This document shows positions 42,614-52,780 of a stretch of DNA of 64,000 bases, piece by piece. Location: IMG/VR virus record IMGVR_UViG_3300028048_000052, positions 64,001 to 128,000 of that record. One strand, 5' to 3'. Source of the stretch: a virus (Duplodnaviria > Caudoviricetes). The notes beneath the pieces are model-generated. The model saw only the letters and a list, made by a program, of their open reading frames with translations. It was not told where the DNA came from and ran no database searches. A program made the position numbers and the translations under genes. Positions within the stretch are counted from its first letter, which is position 1. Each line of letters starts with the position of its first letter.

Positions 42614-42978
42614 TTGTCCTTTTTCAATGCTTATAGAAAGTAGAGAAAGCATAGCCTCGTATGGCAGATATAAAAAATAATAATTGGCTTCTCTCACTCC
42701 CGGGTAATGAGTATAAACTTACCCTTCTTTTTATGTCTATTTATTTGACTTTCATAAAAAAATTAAGTACTATTATAAAGGAAGAAATGGTTGAGGGCGT
42801 TTTCTTCCTTTATTTTTTTTATATATTAATAATATATTATTACTTATATATTATTTGAAAAAATTCTAGGCTTCGCCTAGAATTTTTTCTACAACTTTTG
42901 CTAACTATCTCATAACCTTGATTTTTTTGAAAAAAAGGTGTATAATAGTATTAGAAAAAGTTAAAAAGGGGTTTTTAT

Positions 42979-43506
42979 ATGGAATATTACATTTATACAG
43001 ATGGATCAGCTAAAAATAATGGCTCAGAATCTTCAATTGGTGGATACGGTTTTGTTGTTACTGATTCTTCTGGACGTTTAATTGATGCCTATGCAAAAAC
43101 AAATATAGAAAACACGACAAATAACAGAATGGAATTAACTGCTATTCTAGCCGCCCTTTTTATGTACGAAAAAAGAATGCGAATTAAAGACGAAAGAGCA
43201 TATATTTATTTATTTTCTGATTCAAATTATGCTTTAAACTCTTTATTTAAATGGTGTCCAGAATGGGAAAGAAATGAATGGAAAACTGCCTCTGGATCCG
43301 ATGTTAAAAATTTAGATTTAATTCAGAATTTTTATAACAAACAATGGAAGCCATATCTTGAAAACATGAGAGATGGAAAAAGAAATTCATGGTCAAGATT
43401 TAGCTATCAATATGTTCAAGGTCATGCAACATCAAAATGGAATAATATCGCAGATAAACTCGCTACTGGCCAAATAACGCCGGAGGATGTTTTAAAAAAT
43501 GAATAA
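42979..43506 (+). CDS. rnhA: ribonuclease HI
   Basis: IYTDGSA, TNNRMELTA, SDSNY, VKNLDL, GH...NNIADKLA. Confidence 0.93.
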   Translation: MEYYIYTDGSAKNNGSESSIGGYGFVVTDSSGRLIDAYAKTNIENTTNNRMELTAILAALFMYEKRMRIKDERAYIYLFSDSNYALNSLFKWCPEWERNEWKTASGSDVKNLDLIQNFYNKQWKPYLENMRDGKRNSWSRFSYQYVQGHATSKWNNIADKLATGQITPEDVLKNE

Positions 43507-43831
43507 AAAAATTATTGAAAAAATAGATAATTATGTCCAATGGGATTTTGGAATTACTCTTGATGAATTAAAAGAAGAAATAAAAAATAATGAAGCAATC
43601 CGAGTTGTTAATTATATATTAATTTCTATATCCATGATAATATTATTGGGTGTATTAACATTAGCTTTATTTCTACTGACTCTTGGGCATCCACTGCTTG
43701 TATTTATATTATTATATATTGATTTGCTTTTAGTTGTTTATGCTTATTATGTTTATAGTGATAAAATAAAAATGGGATATATTTTGAAAAATATAAAAAA
43801 ATATGTTAATATAAAATTCAGAAAAAGTTAA
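43499..43831 (+). CDS. membrane protein
   Basis: Two transmembrane segments. Confidence 0.6.
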   Translation: MNKKIIEKIDNYVQWDFGITLDELKEEIKNNEAIRVVNYILISISMIILLGVLTLALFLLTLGHPLLVFILLYIDLLLVVYAYYVYSDKIKMGYILKNIKKYVNIKFRKS

Positions 43832-43847
43832 TAAGTAGGAGGTATTG

Positions 43848-45752
43848 ATGGCAAAGAAAAAAGGATTATATACAAAAGATAGCATTGAATCATTATCCCC
43901 ATTAGAGTTTACAAGATTAAGACCACAGGTTTATGCAGGAGACTGCACATACTCAACTCAGCTTTTGGTTGAAATACTTTCAAATTCTGTTGATGAATTT
44001 AGACTTGGCCATGGAAATCAAATTGATATTAGTATTAATAAAGATATAATTACGGTTTCAGACTATGGACAAGGTTTTATTCCGAATTCTTTTAGAGAAG
44101 ATGGTAAAACAATTCTTGAAGCAGCGTTCAGTGTTCTTAACACTTCTGGTAAATATAGAGAAGATGGCACATATGAAGGAACTTCTTTGGGTTCATTTGG
44201 TATAGGTAGTAAAATTACTACTTTTTTGTCTCATTGGCTTGAAGTTGAAACTGTTAGAGACAACGAAAGTGAGAGGATTGTATTTAAAGAAGGTGTATTT
44301 GAAGATAGAATTGCAGATGAAAATGTTAATTCTCATTCTGGCACAACTGTCTCTTGGCAACCATCAGAAGAATTCTTTACTCATACTGAAGTTGAAATAG
44401 GTAAAGTTAAAGATCTATTAAAAACAACCGCTGCATTATGTCAGGGTTTAACAATTAATTTAGTTTATAATGGCGAAAAAACAAGTTATTATTCAAACAA
44501 TGGTATTGATGATTTGGTCGATGAGGCCGTTAAAGATAAAGAATTAATTGATAACAGGTGTAAATTTAATTTTCAACAGGGTAAAGAAAAGATGGATTTT
44601 GTATTAACTTATACAATTAATTATTCATCAACGATTGTCCCTTATGTTAATACCGGTCTTACAGAAAAAGGCCCGCATATTATAACAATAAAAACAATTT
44701 TAACAAGAGAATTTAATAAGTTCTTTAGAGAAAAAGGTTGGATTAAAGATAAAGAAGATAACCTTTCTGGCGACGACGTCCAAGAGGGCATGTATATTGT
44801 GTTTAATATAACTGCTCCAAATGTTGGATATGACGCTCAGGTTAAATCTACAATTACTCAAATTGATATGACTAATTTTTCAACTGCTCTTGTTGAAAAT
44901 TTAAATATTTGGTTTCAAAGAAATGAAAAAGAAGTTAAATTAATTGCCGATAAAGCTTTAGCGGCGAGAAGAGCAAGAGAAGCGGCGAAAAAAGCCAGAG
45001 ATAATGCAAGAGCATTAGAAACGAAAGCAAAAACCAAATTTATTAATTTACCAACCAAACTGGTTGATGCTTGGAGTAAGAATAGAAGTGAATGTGAATT
45101 ATTCATTTCAGAGGGCGATAGCGCAGCGAATGGTTTAATTTCTGCAAGAGATGGTAAAACCCAAGCGATTTTCCCGATTCGTGGTAAAATATTATCAGTT
45201 CGTAAAGCCTCGGTGGATAAAATTTATGCAAACCAAGAGATAGCAAATATTGTTCAGGCTCTTGGACTTGAAATTGATAAAAAAACACAAAGGCTGATTT
45301 ATGATGAAAATCGTTTAAGATATGGTAAAATCATATTTGCCTGTGATGCTGATCCAGACGGTCAAGCAATTAAAAATTTATTAATTAACTGTTTCTATTG
45401 GTTATGTCCAGAACTTTTAACAAAAGGTCATATTTATGTAGCTGTACCTCCTTTGTTTAGAATTACAACAAAGAAAAATGAATATATTTATTTAAAAGAT
45501 ATGGATGCTTTAACTGAATATAGAAAGAAGCATAAGAATGATAAGTATTTAATCAATAGAATGAAAGGTCTTGGTGAACAAGACCCAGAAGAATTGGCTG
45601 AATGCCTTTTGGAACATGCGACCCGTAATGTTCAACAGTTAGTTGTTGAAGATGAAAAGAAAGTAGATGATTTACTTGAAATCGTTGAAGGACCTGCGGT
45701 TCCGCCAAGAAGAGAATATTTATTACAGCACGGAGAGGAGGTAACTGAATAA
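43848..45752 (+). CDS. gyrB: type IIA topoisomerase/DNA gyrase subunit B
   Basis: EILSNSVDE, EGDSA, PIRGKIL, DADPDG, KGLGE. Confidence 0.92.
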   Translation: MAKKKGLYTKDSIESLSPLEFTRLRPQVYAGDCTYSTQLLVEILSNSVDEFRLGHGNQIDISINKDIITVSDYGQGFIPNSFREDGKTILEAAFSVLNTSGKYREDGTYEGTSLGSFGIGSKITTFLSHWLEVETVRDNESERIVFKEGVFEDRIADENVNSHSGTTVSWQPSEEFFTHTEVEIGKVKDLLKTTAALCQGLTINLVYNGEKTSYYSNNGIDDLVDEAVKDKELIDNRCKFNFQQGKEKMDFVLTYTINYSSTIVPYVNTGLTEKGPHIITIKTILTREFNKFFREKGWIKDKEDNLSGDDVQEGMYIVFNITAPNVGYDAQVKSTITQIDMTNFSTALVENLNIWFQRNEKEVKLIADKALAARRAREAAKKARDNARALETKAKTKFINLPTKLVDAWSKNRSECELFISEGDSAANGLISARDGKTQAIFPIRGKILSVRKASVDKIYANQEIANIVQALGLEIDKKTQRLIYDENRLRYGKIIFACDADPDGQAIKNLLINCFYWLCPELLTKGHIYVAVPPLFRITTKKNEYIYLKDMDALTEYRKKHKNDKYLINRMKGLGEQDPEELAECLLEHATRNVQQLVVEDEKKVDDLLEIVEGPAVPPRREYLLQHGEEVTE

Positions 45753-48100
45753 TGGGTGTAAATGTATTAGATGAATTACATGATAACTTTGTAGATTATG
45801 CGTATGAGGTTAATAGTCAGCGTGCCTTCCCTTCTGTTGTTGATGGGTTAAAACCCGGACAGAGAGCTTGTTTATGGGAGTTCTTTGTAAAAGGTTATAG
45901 TTCAAATAAACCCCATGTAAAATCGGCAAAAGCTAGTGGAGGTGTTATTGGCTCTTGGTGGCCACATGGTGATACCGCAATTTATGAAACATTTGCTCGT
46001 ATGAGCCAGCCTTGGATTAACAATATTCCAGAGATTGATTGGCACGGCGCGAATGGATCAATCAAAGGAGGGCCAGAACCAGCAAGTGCTCGTTATACAG
46101 AAGCGAGATTATCGAAGGCGAGTGAAGATGGTTTCTTTACAAATATCAAAAAAGATACAGTAAAGATGATACCAAACTTCAGTGAAGATGATGAATGGCC
46201 AGAGGTATTCCCAGCAATATTCCCAAGATTATTTGTAAATGGTAGCCAAGGTATCGGATACACTATTGCTAACTCTTGGTTGCCCGGTAATCTTAATGAG
46301 TTCTTTGAAAAAGTAAAACAGTATCTCAAAACAGGTGATATTGATTTTGAAAATATTTATCCAGATTTCCCAACAGGCGGTATAATTATCAATAAAGATG
46401 AACTCCAAGATATTTATGCTACTGGTAAGGGTAGAGTTGTTCTTCGTGCAAAAACAGACATTAAAGATAATAGTATTCTTATTACAGAATTACCTTATCA
46501 GGTTTATGTTGAGCCATTAATTAATTCTATTAAAGATCTGGTAAACAAAGAAGAAATCACTGGTATTAAAGATATTTATAATAAATGTGATAAAAATAAT
46601 TTATTAATTGAAATTGAATGCGATGGTTCTCCAAAAGTAGTGCTTAATAAATTATTTTCAATGACCGAATTACAGAAAACTTATAGCGCAAATCAATATG
46701 CGATGATTACAAAAGTTCCCGAATTATTGAATTTAAAACAATATATTGAGGCTTATATTAATCACAATATTACTTGTTTAACAAAGGCGCATGAATTTGA
46801 TCTGAAGAAAATTGAAGAACGCCTTGAAATTGTTAATGGATTATTAAAAGCATTAGAAGATATTGATAATATTATTAAACTTATTAAAGAAAGTGAAAGC
46901 GCAAGTACTGCAAAGAAAAATCTTATTAAAGTTTATGATTTTACCGAAAATCAGGCTCAAGCAATTCTTGATATGAAATTAGCAAAATTAGCTCATTTGG
47001 AAGCGGTTGAGTTAAATAAAGAAAAAGAAGATCTTGATAAAGAAGCAGAAGAACATCGTACTGCTTTAAGTAACAGTTCAATTATAAAAGAAGAATTTAA
47101 AAAGACCTTGGGAAATTTTGTAACTAAATATGGTTATTCAAGAAAAACTTTGGTAACACAAATAGACGAGCCAAAAGACGAAGAAAAAGAAATTGCCGAG
47201 GTTGAGCCAGAACAGTGTATGGTTGTAATGTCTGAAAGCGGGTATATTAAGCGTATTCCTATTACTTCATTCCATGCTCAAAAAAGAAATGGTTATGGAG
47301 TTAAAACACAAGACGATATTACAATGGCAACCATTAGGACTAATACAATTGATAATTTATTAGTATTCACAGACAAAGGACAGTTATATAAATTATTAGT
47401 AAATGATATCCCTATTGGCACTAATTCAGCAAAAGGCACTTCAATTAAAGCACTGGTTGAAATGGATGCCAACGAAAAAGTAGAAACTATTTATTCAATT
47501 TATCGTGGGACAGAAGCTCAATTTGTATTCTTTGTAACTCAAAATGGAATGATTAAAAAGACCCCATTAGATGAATATACAAATATTAGAAAGAAAAAGG
47601 GGCTCGCGGCGTTAAAGTTAAAAGATGGAGATAGCCTTGTAAATGTCCTTATTCTTAAAGACGAGGATGTGATTGTTTCTACGTATGGTGGAAAAATTAT
47701 TAGAATTAAATCAACTGACGTAGGAATTTCAAGTAGAGTATCGCAAGGATTAGTTGGTATTAAATTAGAAGAAGGAGATTATGTAACAAGTCTCGCTGCG
47801 ATTAGAGATGCAAATGATGACGTGGCTGTATTTACGTCAAAAGGATATGGTAAAAGAGTTCCACAAAAAGACATTTCATCACAAAAACGCGGGGGTAAAG
47901 GTTTAGTGATGTATAAACCAGATGAAACAAGAGGCGGTATTATTGCCCTTGCTCTTGTAAATGATAGCGACTCTTTGCTATTGGTTGGTGAAAATAATTC
48001 AATTTGTATTGACGCTTCACAAATTCCAGTAACTTCTCGTGTTGCGAAGGGTAATATACTTATAAAAGGCAATAGCATTGTAAGCGTATCAAAAGTATAA
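45752..48100 (+). CDS. gyrA: DNA gyrase subunit A with C-terminal beta-pinwheel
   Basis: DGLKPGQR, PHGD, ARYTE; GyrA-box-like QKRNGYG and QKRGGKG. Confidence 0.92.
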   Translation: MGVNVLDELHDNFVDYAYEVNSQRAFPSVVDGLKPGQRACLWEFFVKGYSSNKPHVKSAKASGGVIGSWWPHGDTAIYETFARMSQPWINNIPEIDWHGANGSIKGGPEPASARYTEARLSKASEDGFFTNIKKDTVKMIPNFSEDDEWPEVFPAIFPRLFVNGSQGIGYTIANSWLPGNLNEFFEKVKQYLKTGDIDFENIYPDFPTGGIIINKDELQDIYATGKGRVVLRAKTDIKDNSILITELPYQVYVEPLINSIKDLVNKEEITGIKDIYNKCDKNNLLIEIECDGSPKVVLNKLFSMTELQKTYSANQYAMITKVPELLNLKQYIEAYINHNITCLTKAHEFDLKKIEERLEIVNGLLKALEDIDNIIKLIKESESASTAKKNLIKVYDFTENQAQAILDMKLAKLAHLEAVELNKEKEDLDKEAEEHRTALSNSSIIKEEFKKTLGNFVTKYGYSRKTLVTQIDEPKDEEKEIAEVEPEQCMVVMSESGYIKRIPITSFHAQKRNGYGVKTQDDITMATIRTNTIDNLLVFTDKGQLYKLLVNDIPIGTNSAKGTSIKALVEMDANEKVETIYSIYRGTEAQFVFFVTQNGMIKKTPLDEYTNIRKKKGLAALKLKDGDSLVNVLILKDEDVIVSTYGGKIIRIKSTDVGISSRVSQGLVGIKLEEGDYVTSLAAIRDANDDVAVFTSKGYGKRVPQKDISSQKRGGKGLVMYKPDETRGGIIALALVNDSDSLLLVGENNSICIDASQIPVTSRVAKGNILIKGNSIVSVSKV

Positions 48101-48168
48101 AGTAAAGGAGAAATCCTTTACTTTTTTTATTTTTTATGATATAATATAAGTATAAGGAGAAAAACGTA

Positions 48169-49299
48169 ATGTATAACCGTGAAGAAGCATTAAAAAGAAT
48201 AGAATATCTTATAGAACAATTAAATTATCATACGAAGTTATACGACGAAGGTAAGCCCATAATCTCTGACACAGAATGGGACTCTATGTATTTTGAATTA
48301 CAAGAATTAGAAATGTTATTCAATATACACTTGCCAAATTCACCAACAAGTAAGGTTATTTTTGAAGTAAAGAATGAATTAAAGAAAGTTCATCACAATC
48401 ATGATATGTTATCTCTTGGTAAAACAAAAGATATGAAAGAAGTCCATGATTTTCTTGGTTCAAAAGATTTTATAACAATGTTAAAAATGGACGGTCTAAC
48501 TTGCTCTCTTTATTATAAAGATGGCGTTTTAGTTTCCGCAGAAACTCGTGGTGATGGCTATATTGGTGAAGATGTTTTACATAATGTTTTAACCATTGAT
48601 AATGTGCCAAAGAGAATTAGTTATAAAGATGAATTAATTATTGATGGTGAGATTATTTGCACTTATCAAGATTTTGAAGAGTTTAAAGATGAATATCAAA
48701 ACCCGAGAAACTTCGCCGCCGGATCGATTAGATTACTTGATAGTAAAGAGTGCGCCAAAAGAAAATTGACATTTGTTGCTTGGGACGTTATTAAGGGTTT
48801 TGATAATCTTAAATATCTAAATCAAAAGTTTCAAGAAATTGGTAAACTTAATTTTACAGTTGTACCTTGGTTAATGGGCGATGACTGGGATGCAAAAGAA
48901 TTTTTAGTTAATCAAGCAAAAAAATTAGGCTATCCAATAGATGGTTTAGTTTTTAAATTTGATGATATTGAATATGGTAACTCACTGGGGCAAACTGATC
49001 ATCATAAAAGAAATGCCATTGCTTTTAAATTTGAAGATGAGGTTTATGAAACAAAATTAAAAACAATTGAATGGACTATTGGGCGTACTGGTGTCTTAAC
49101 CCCGGTTGCTGTTTTTGATCCAGTAGAAATAGACTTTACAAGAGTTGAAAAGGCAAGTTTACATAATGTAAGTGTTTTGCGAGATATTCTTGGAGAACAT
49201 CCATGGGTTGGACAAAAAATAAAAATTAGTAAACGTAATATGATTATTCCACAAATAGAATGGGCTGAAAAAGAAAATAATGGGGACAATTTGATATAA
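48169..49299 (+). CDS. ligA: NAD-dependent DNA ligase, N-terminal part (adenylation and OB domains)
   Basis: KMDG, TRGDG, NPRNFAAGS, IDGLVFK, GRTG, IIPQI; ends TAA. Confidence 0.9.
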   Translation: MYNREEALKRIEYLIEQLNYHTKLYDEGKPIISDTEWDSMYFELQELEMLFNIHLPNSPTSKVIFEVKNELKKVHHNHDMLSLGKTKDMKEVHDFLGSKDFITMLKMDGLTCSLYYKDGVLVSAETRGDGYIGEDVLHNVLTIDNVPKRISYKDELIIDGEIICTYQDFEEFKDEYQNPRNFAAGSIRLLDSKECAKRKLTFVAWDVIKGFDNLKYLNQKFQEIGKLNFTVVPWLMGDDWDAKEFLVNQAKKLGYPIDGLVFKFDDIEYGNSLGQTDHHKRNAIAFKFEDEVYETKLKTIEWTIGRTGVLTPVAVFDPVEIDFTRVEKASLHNVSVLRDILGEHPWVGQKIKISKRNMIIPQIEWAEKENNGDNLI

Positions 49300-49341
49300 T
49301 CAAATTATTCCGTTTTTCTTTATAAATAGGAGGAATAAAAA

Positions 49342-49944
49342 ATGTTTACAATTTATTTACATAAAAATAAAATTAATAATAAAGTTTATATTGGACAAAC
49401 ATCGCAACCACCAATAGATAGATGAAAAAATGGTAAAGGTTATACGCAATGCTATCATTTTAATAATGCAATACAAAAATATGGGTGAGATAATTTTGAG
49501 CATATTATTTTAGAGCAAGGAGATTGAACGCAAGAAGAGGCGAATTATAAAGAACAATATTATATTAATTTATATGATAGTACAAATATAAATAAAGGTT
49601 ATAATATTACTAATGGTGGAAGTAATAATATTTCACCAAATGCTTTGCCAAATGCAATAAATTGAATGCGAGCACATCCTGATTTTGGATTAGCGAGGGC
49701 CAATGATATGTTAAAATGACAAAAAGAACATCCAGATGACGTTAAAAAGCAAAGAGAAAGAGCACAAAAAAAAATGGCAGAAGCAAGAAAAAGAAAAGTA
49801 TTATGTGTAGAAACTGGTGTTATTTATGAAAGTGCGTCAGAAGCAGCAAGACAAAACAAAGGAACAACACAAAGTAAAATTTGTATGGTGTGCAGAGGAC
49901 AAAGAAAAACGGCGGGAAGATTACATTGGAAATATGCTGAATAA
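49342..49944 (+). CDS. free-standing GIY-YIG homing endonuclease (5 TGA=Trp)
   Basis: FTIYLHKN...VYIGQT...RWKNGKGY...AIQKYGWDNF...KGYN; NUMOD1-like end; absent from the track. Confidence 0.88.
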
Positions 49945-50224
49945 TATAAAACAAAAAATTTTAAAATATAAATATAAAAAAGCAAAAAATATTTATATTA
50001 TAGGTTGTTGGGCTCATTGGGGGATACTAACCGCTAAATATAGCGGTCAAATGGATAAAGATGGTAATCCATTAACAATTCATTTTACAGACCATAATGG
50101 GTTAAAAGAAGAATATTATATTGCTCCGTGGTATACAGAAACGACTGGGATTGTTATAGGATATTCTTTTAATGAAAAACAAGCAAAGAGTATTGTAGAA
50201 AGGATAATAAATAATAAATGGTAG
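49934..50224 (+). CDS. hypothetical protein
   Basis: ATG 49934 overlapping the endonuclease stop. Confidence 0.55.
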   Translation: MLNNIKQKILKYKYKKAKNIYIIGCWAHWGILTAKYSGQMDKDGNPLTIHFTDHNGLKEEYYIAPWYTETTGIVIGYSFNEKQAKSIVERIINNKW

Positions 50225-51066
50225 AAAAAAAATATATAGAGCTTCCAGAGTTTTGTCCTTATTGCGGTCATGAAATAGATTATATAACTTCACCTGATGG
50301 AGTAATAATAGCAAAATGTTCTAATGATAATTGTATTGGTAAAAAAGTTTATAAAATTGATCATTTTTGTAGTAAAAAAGGCTTAGATATTAAACACATT
50401 TCTGAAAATATAATTGAAGATTTTATTGATGAAGGGTACCTTAATACTTTTAGTGATATTTTTACACTAAAAGAGCATAGAAAACAATTAATTAATATTG
50501 AGGGGTATGGCGCCAGAAGTATAGATAGAATATTGTCTATGATTGAAGAAGCTAAAAATACAACTCTTGACAAGTTTATATCTGCGCTTGGCATTGATTT
50601 AATTGGGTCTAGTGTTTCAAAAGATTTGTGTAAAATATTTAAAACATATGATGATTTTAAATCTGCGTGCGTTAATGGATATAAGTTTGAAGAGTTAGAA
50701 AATTTTGGCGAAGCTAAGGCAAATAGTTTAAGAAGTTATAATTTTGATGAGGCTGATAAGGTTTATATGTATCTCAATGTTTCTAATCCGTTGTTTGAAA
50801 CCAATGAGGAAAAACCGTTAAATGGTATTACCGTTGTTATAACAGGCTCACTTGGCATTTTTAAAAACAGAGACGCAATGAAAGAAATGATTGAAAAATA
50901 TGGCGGAAAAGTAGCCGGTTCGGTTAGTAAGAATACCACCGTGCTTGTTAATAATGATATTAATTCCACTACTGGTAAGAATAAACGGGCAAAAGAATTG
51001 AATATCCCAGTTATGAGTGAACCAGACTTTATAGCGAAATATCTTGACCCTTATTTAGAAAAATAG
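50218..51066 (+). CDS. ligA: NAD-dependent DNA ligase, C-terminal part (Zn finger, HhH, BRCT)
   Basis: PEFCPYCG...CSNDNC, ALGIDLIG, VVITGSL...GSVSKNT. Confidence 0.9.
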   Translation: MVEKKYIELPEFCPYCGHEIDYITSPDGVIIAKCSNDNCIGKKVYKIDHFCSKKGLDIKHISENIIEDFIDEGYLNTFSDIFTLKEHRKQLINIEGYGARSIDRILSMIEEAKNTTLDKFISALGIDLIGSSVSKDLCKIFKTYDDFKSACVNGYKFEELENFGEAKANSLRSYNFDEADKVYMYLNVSNPLFETNEEKPLNGITVVITGSLGIFKNRDAMKEMIEKYGGKVAGSVSKNTTVLVNNDINSTTGKNKRAKELNIPVMSEPDFIAKYLDPYLEK

Positions 51067-51078
51067 TATAATAATAAT

Positions 51079-51282
51079 ATGAATAAAGAAAGAAAAAAAC
51101 AAATAATCAACTTTTGCATTCAAATGGCAAGAGACGAACTTGATGAAAAATTATCCGATACTGAAAAAATGGATAAAATGAATTCGACATTAAATGCTTT
51201 GCGTCCAAATCCGGTTGAATTTGCAATGATGACAGACCTCGTTGATGAGTTTGTAGATAAAATAAAAAAAGGAGAGATTTAA
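51079..51282 (+). CDS. hypothetical protein
   Basis: Track ORF after a sigmaA-like promoter. Confidence 0.55.
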   Translation: MNKERKKQIINFCIQMARDELDEKLSDTEKMDKMNSTLNALRPNPVEFAMMTDLVDEFVDKIKKGEI

Positions 51283-51537
51283 ATGAAAGATAATACAAAG
51301 AAAGTTTTAATGTATTTAAAAAAAGCAAATGGTAAAAATTTAACATCCGCAGACGTTGCAAAGGCCATTGGTTTAACAAAGAAACAGGTAGATGGTATCT
51401 TTACAATGGCAATCCAAAAGAAAGATTTAGGAGTAAGAACCCCGGCGCAAGTTCAGGATAAAGATGGTAAATATGTAAATGTAAATTACTTATCATTAAC
51501 TGATGCTGGAATGGCTCTTAATTTAGACGCTGAATAA
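51283..51537 (+). CDS. winged-helix DNA-binding protein
   Basis: LTSADVAKAIGLTKKQVDGI...LTDAG. Confidence 0.75.
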   Translation: MKDNTKKVLMYLKKANGKNLTSADVAKAIGLTKKQVDGIFTMAIQKKDLGVRTPAQVQDKDGKYVNVNYLSLTDAGMALNLDAE

Positions 51538-52480
51538 TATATATATTAGTTGTGGCGTTGCGTTTGTTATAGGAATTTTATTTGCTTATTTAATTTTAAA
51601 ATCCAAATTAGATCATGTAGTTAAAATTAATGAAGATAATATAAAAAGAAATAAACAAATACAAAATGAGGTCATTTATTGAGAAAAGAAAAAAGAAGAA
51701 CTAAATAGCGAATATATAGATTTAAAATCATCTGCTTCATCTCTTGATGCTGAAATAAAAATAAAATCAGAAACGGCTCAAAATATTATTAATTCAAAAA
51801 TTGAATTAATGAAAGAACAAATGGATAGAAAAGCAGAAGATTTAGCAAATCAATATCAATCTGCTATTGATGATGCAAATTCTCAATATTTAGAAATATT
51901 AGCAGATTTATCCAAAACATCAATCGATACAACGGAATCAATTATTGAATTAGAAAAAAAATTAAAGGAATTAAAATCAAAGCATGATGCAGTAGTTGAA
52001 GATTATAAACGAGCGCAAGAGATGAATAATAAAAAAGATTTCTATCGTTTACAATTAACAGATATTGATTTAAAAGAAATAAAAAAATTGCGTGAGGTTG
52101 AGCCATATTTACGTGATGCGCGTCCACTTAATAAAGTCATTTGAAGTGTTTATTATGAGCACCCATATACTGATTTAACTGGGCGTATTATGGGAAGAGA
52201 AAAAAGAACGGGTATTTATAAACTAACAAATCTTACTAATAATATGGTTTATATAGGACAAGCTGTTAATATTGCAGAAAGATGAAAACAACATATTAAG
52301 TGCGCTATTGGGGCCGATAGTGCGCCTAATAATAAATTGTATCCGGTAATGCGGGCAATTGGCCCAGAAAATTTTACTTTTGAGATTATGGAAGAATGTT
52401 TGCCAGAAGAGTTAAATGAAAGAGAACAATATTGGCAAGATTTCTATAAGGCGAAAGAGTTTGGTTATAGTGTAAGATAG
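51530..52480 (+). CDS. membrane-anchored coiled-coil protein with C-terminal GIY-YIG domain (3 TGA=Trp; start uncertain)
   Basis: N-terminal transmembrane segment; TGIYKLTN...VYIGQAVNIAERWKQH...EREQYW. Confidence 0.75.
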
Positions 52481-52488
52481 GAGAAAAT

Positions 52489-52779
52489 ATGTATAGAGTT
52501 ATCGCCGGCAATGATACCGGAAAAACTAAAAAATTACTAACTGAATGTGGAAGCAATGGTGTATTTGTTTGCGCTCATCCAGAGCGTATTAGTGAAAAAT
52601 GTAGAGCATACAATATTCCATTAGTGAAAGCGATTGGATATGATGATTTTAAATATTTACTTATCGAAGGTGATTTGTATAATGAAAATGATGATAGACC
52701 GATTTATATTGATGAGTTAGAAAAATTTGTAAATTATTGTGTTCCATATTTAGCTGGCTATACATTAACAAACGATTAA
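52489..52779 (+). CDS. small P-loop-like protein
   Basis: GNDTGKTK...IYIDE. Confidence 0.55.
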   Translation: MYRVIAGNDTGKTKKLLTECGSNGVFVCAHPERISEKCRAYNIPLVKAIGYDDFKYLLIEGDLYNENDDRPIYIDELEKFVNYCVPYLAGYTLTND

Positions 52780-52780
52780 T

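Noticed and set aside
42661-42858. 65-aa ORF in the track
   Set aside because: No RBS, low-complexity product, and it overlaps inverted repeats that look non-coding.
32378-48100. Bacterial chromosome rather than phage (fhs, gyrAB, sigma, ssrA, transporter)
   Set aside because: These genes are interleaved with fibre, lysis, Sak4 and homing endonuclease genes on one strand, share phage-type promoters, and lack bacterial operon context.
6254-49944. TGA read as Gly (code 25) or as selenocysteine
   Set aside because: TGA aligns with Trp in paralogs and family motifs (NSWG, KYGWDNF, GV..LW), and not with catalytic Cys or conserved Gly.
49300-50217. Intron or intein in ligA
   Set aside because: No P7-type GACTA/TAGTC pairing or splice context was seen, and both halves have their own stop and start. 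A formal covariance search is still needed.
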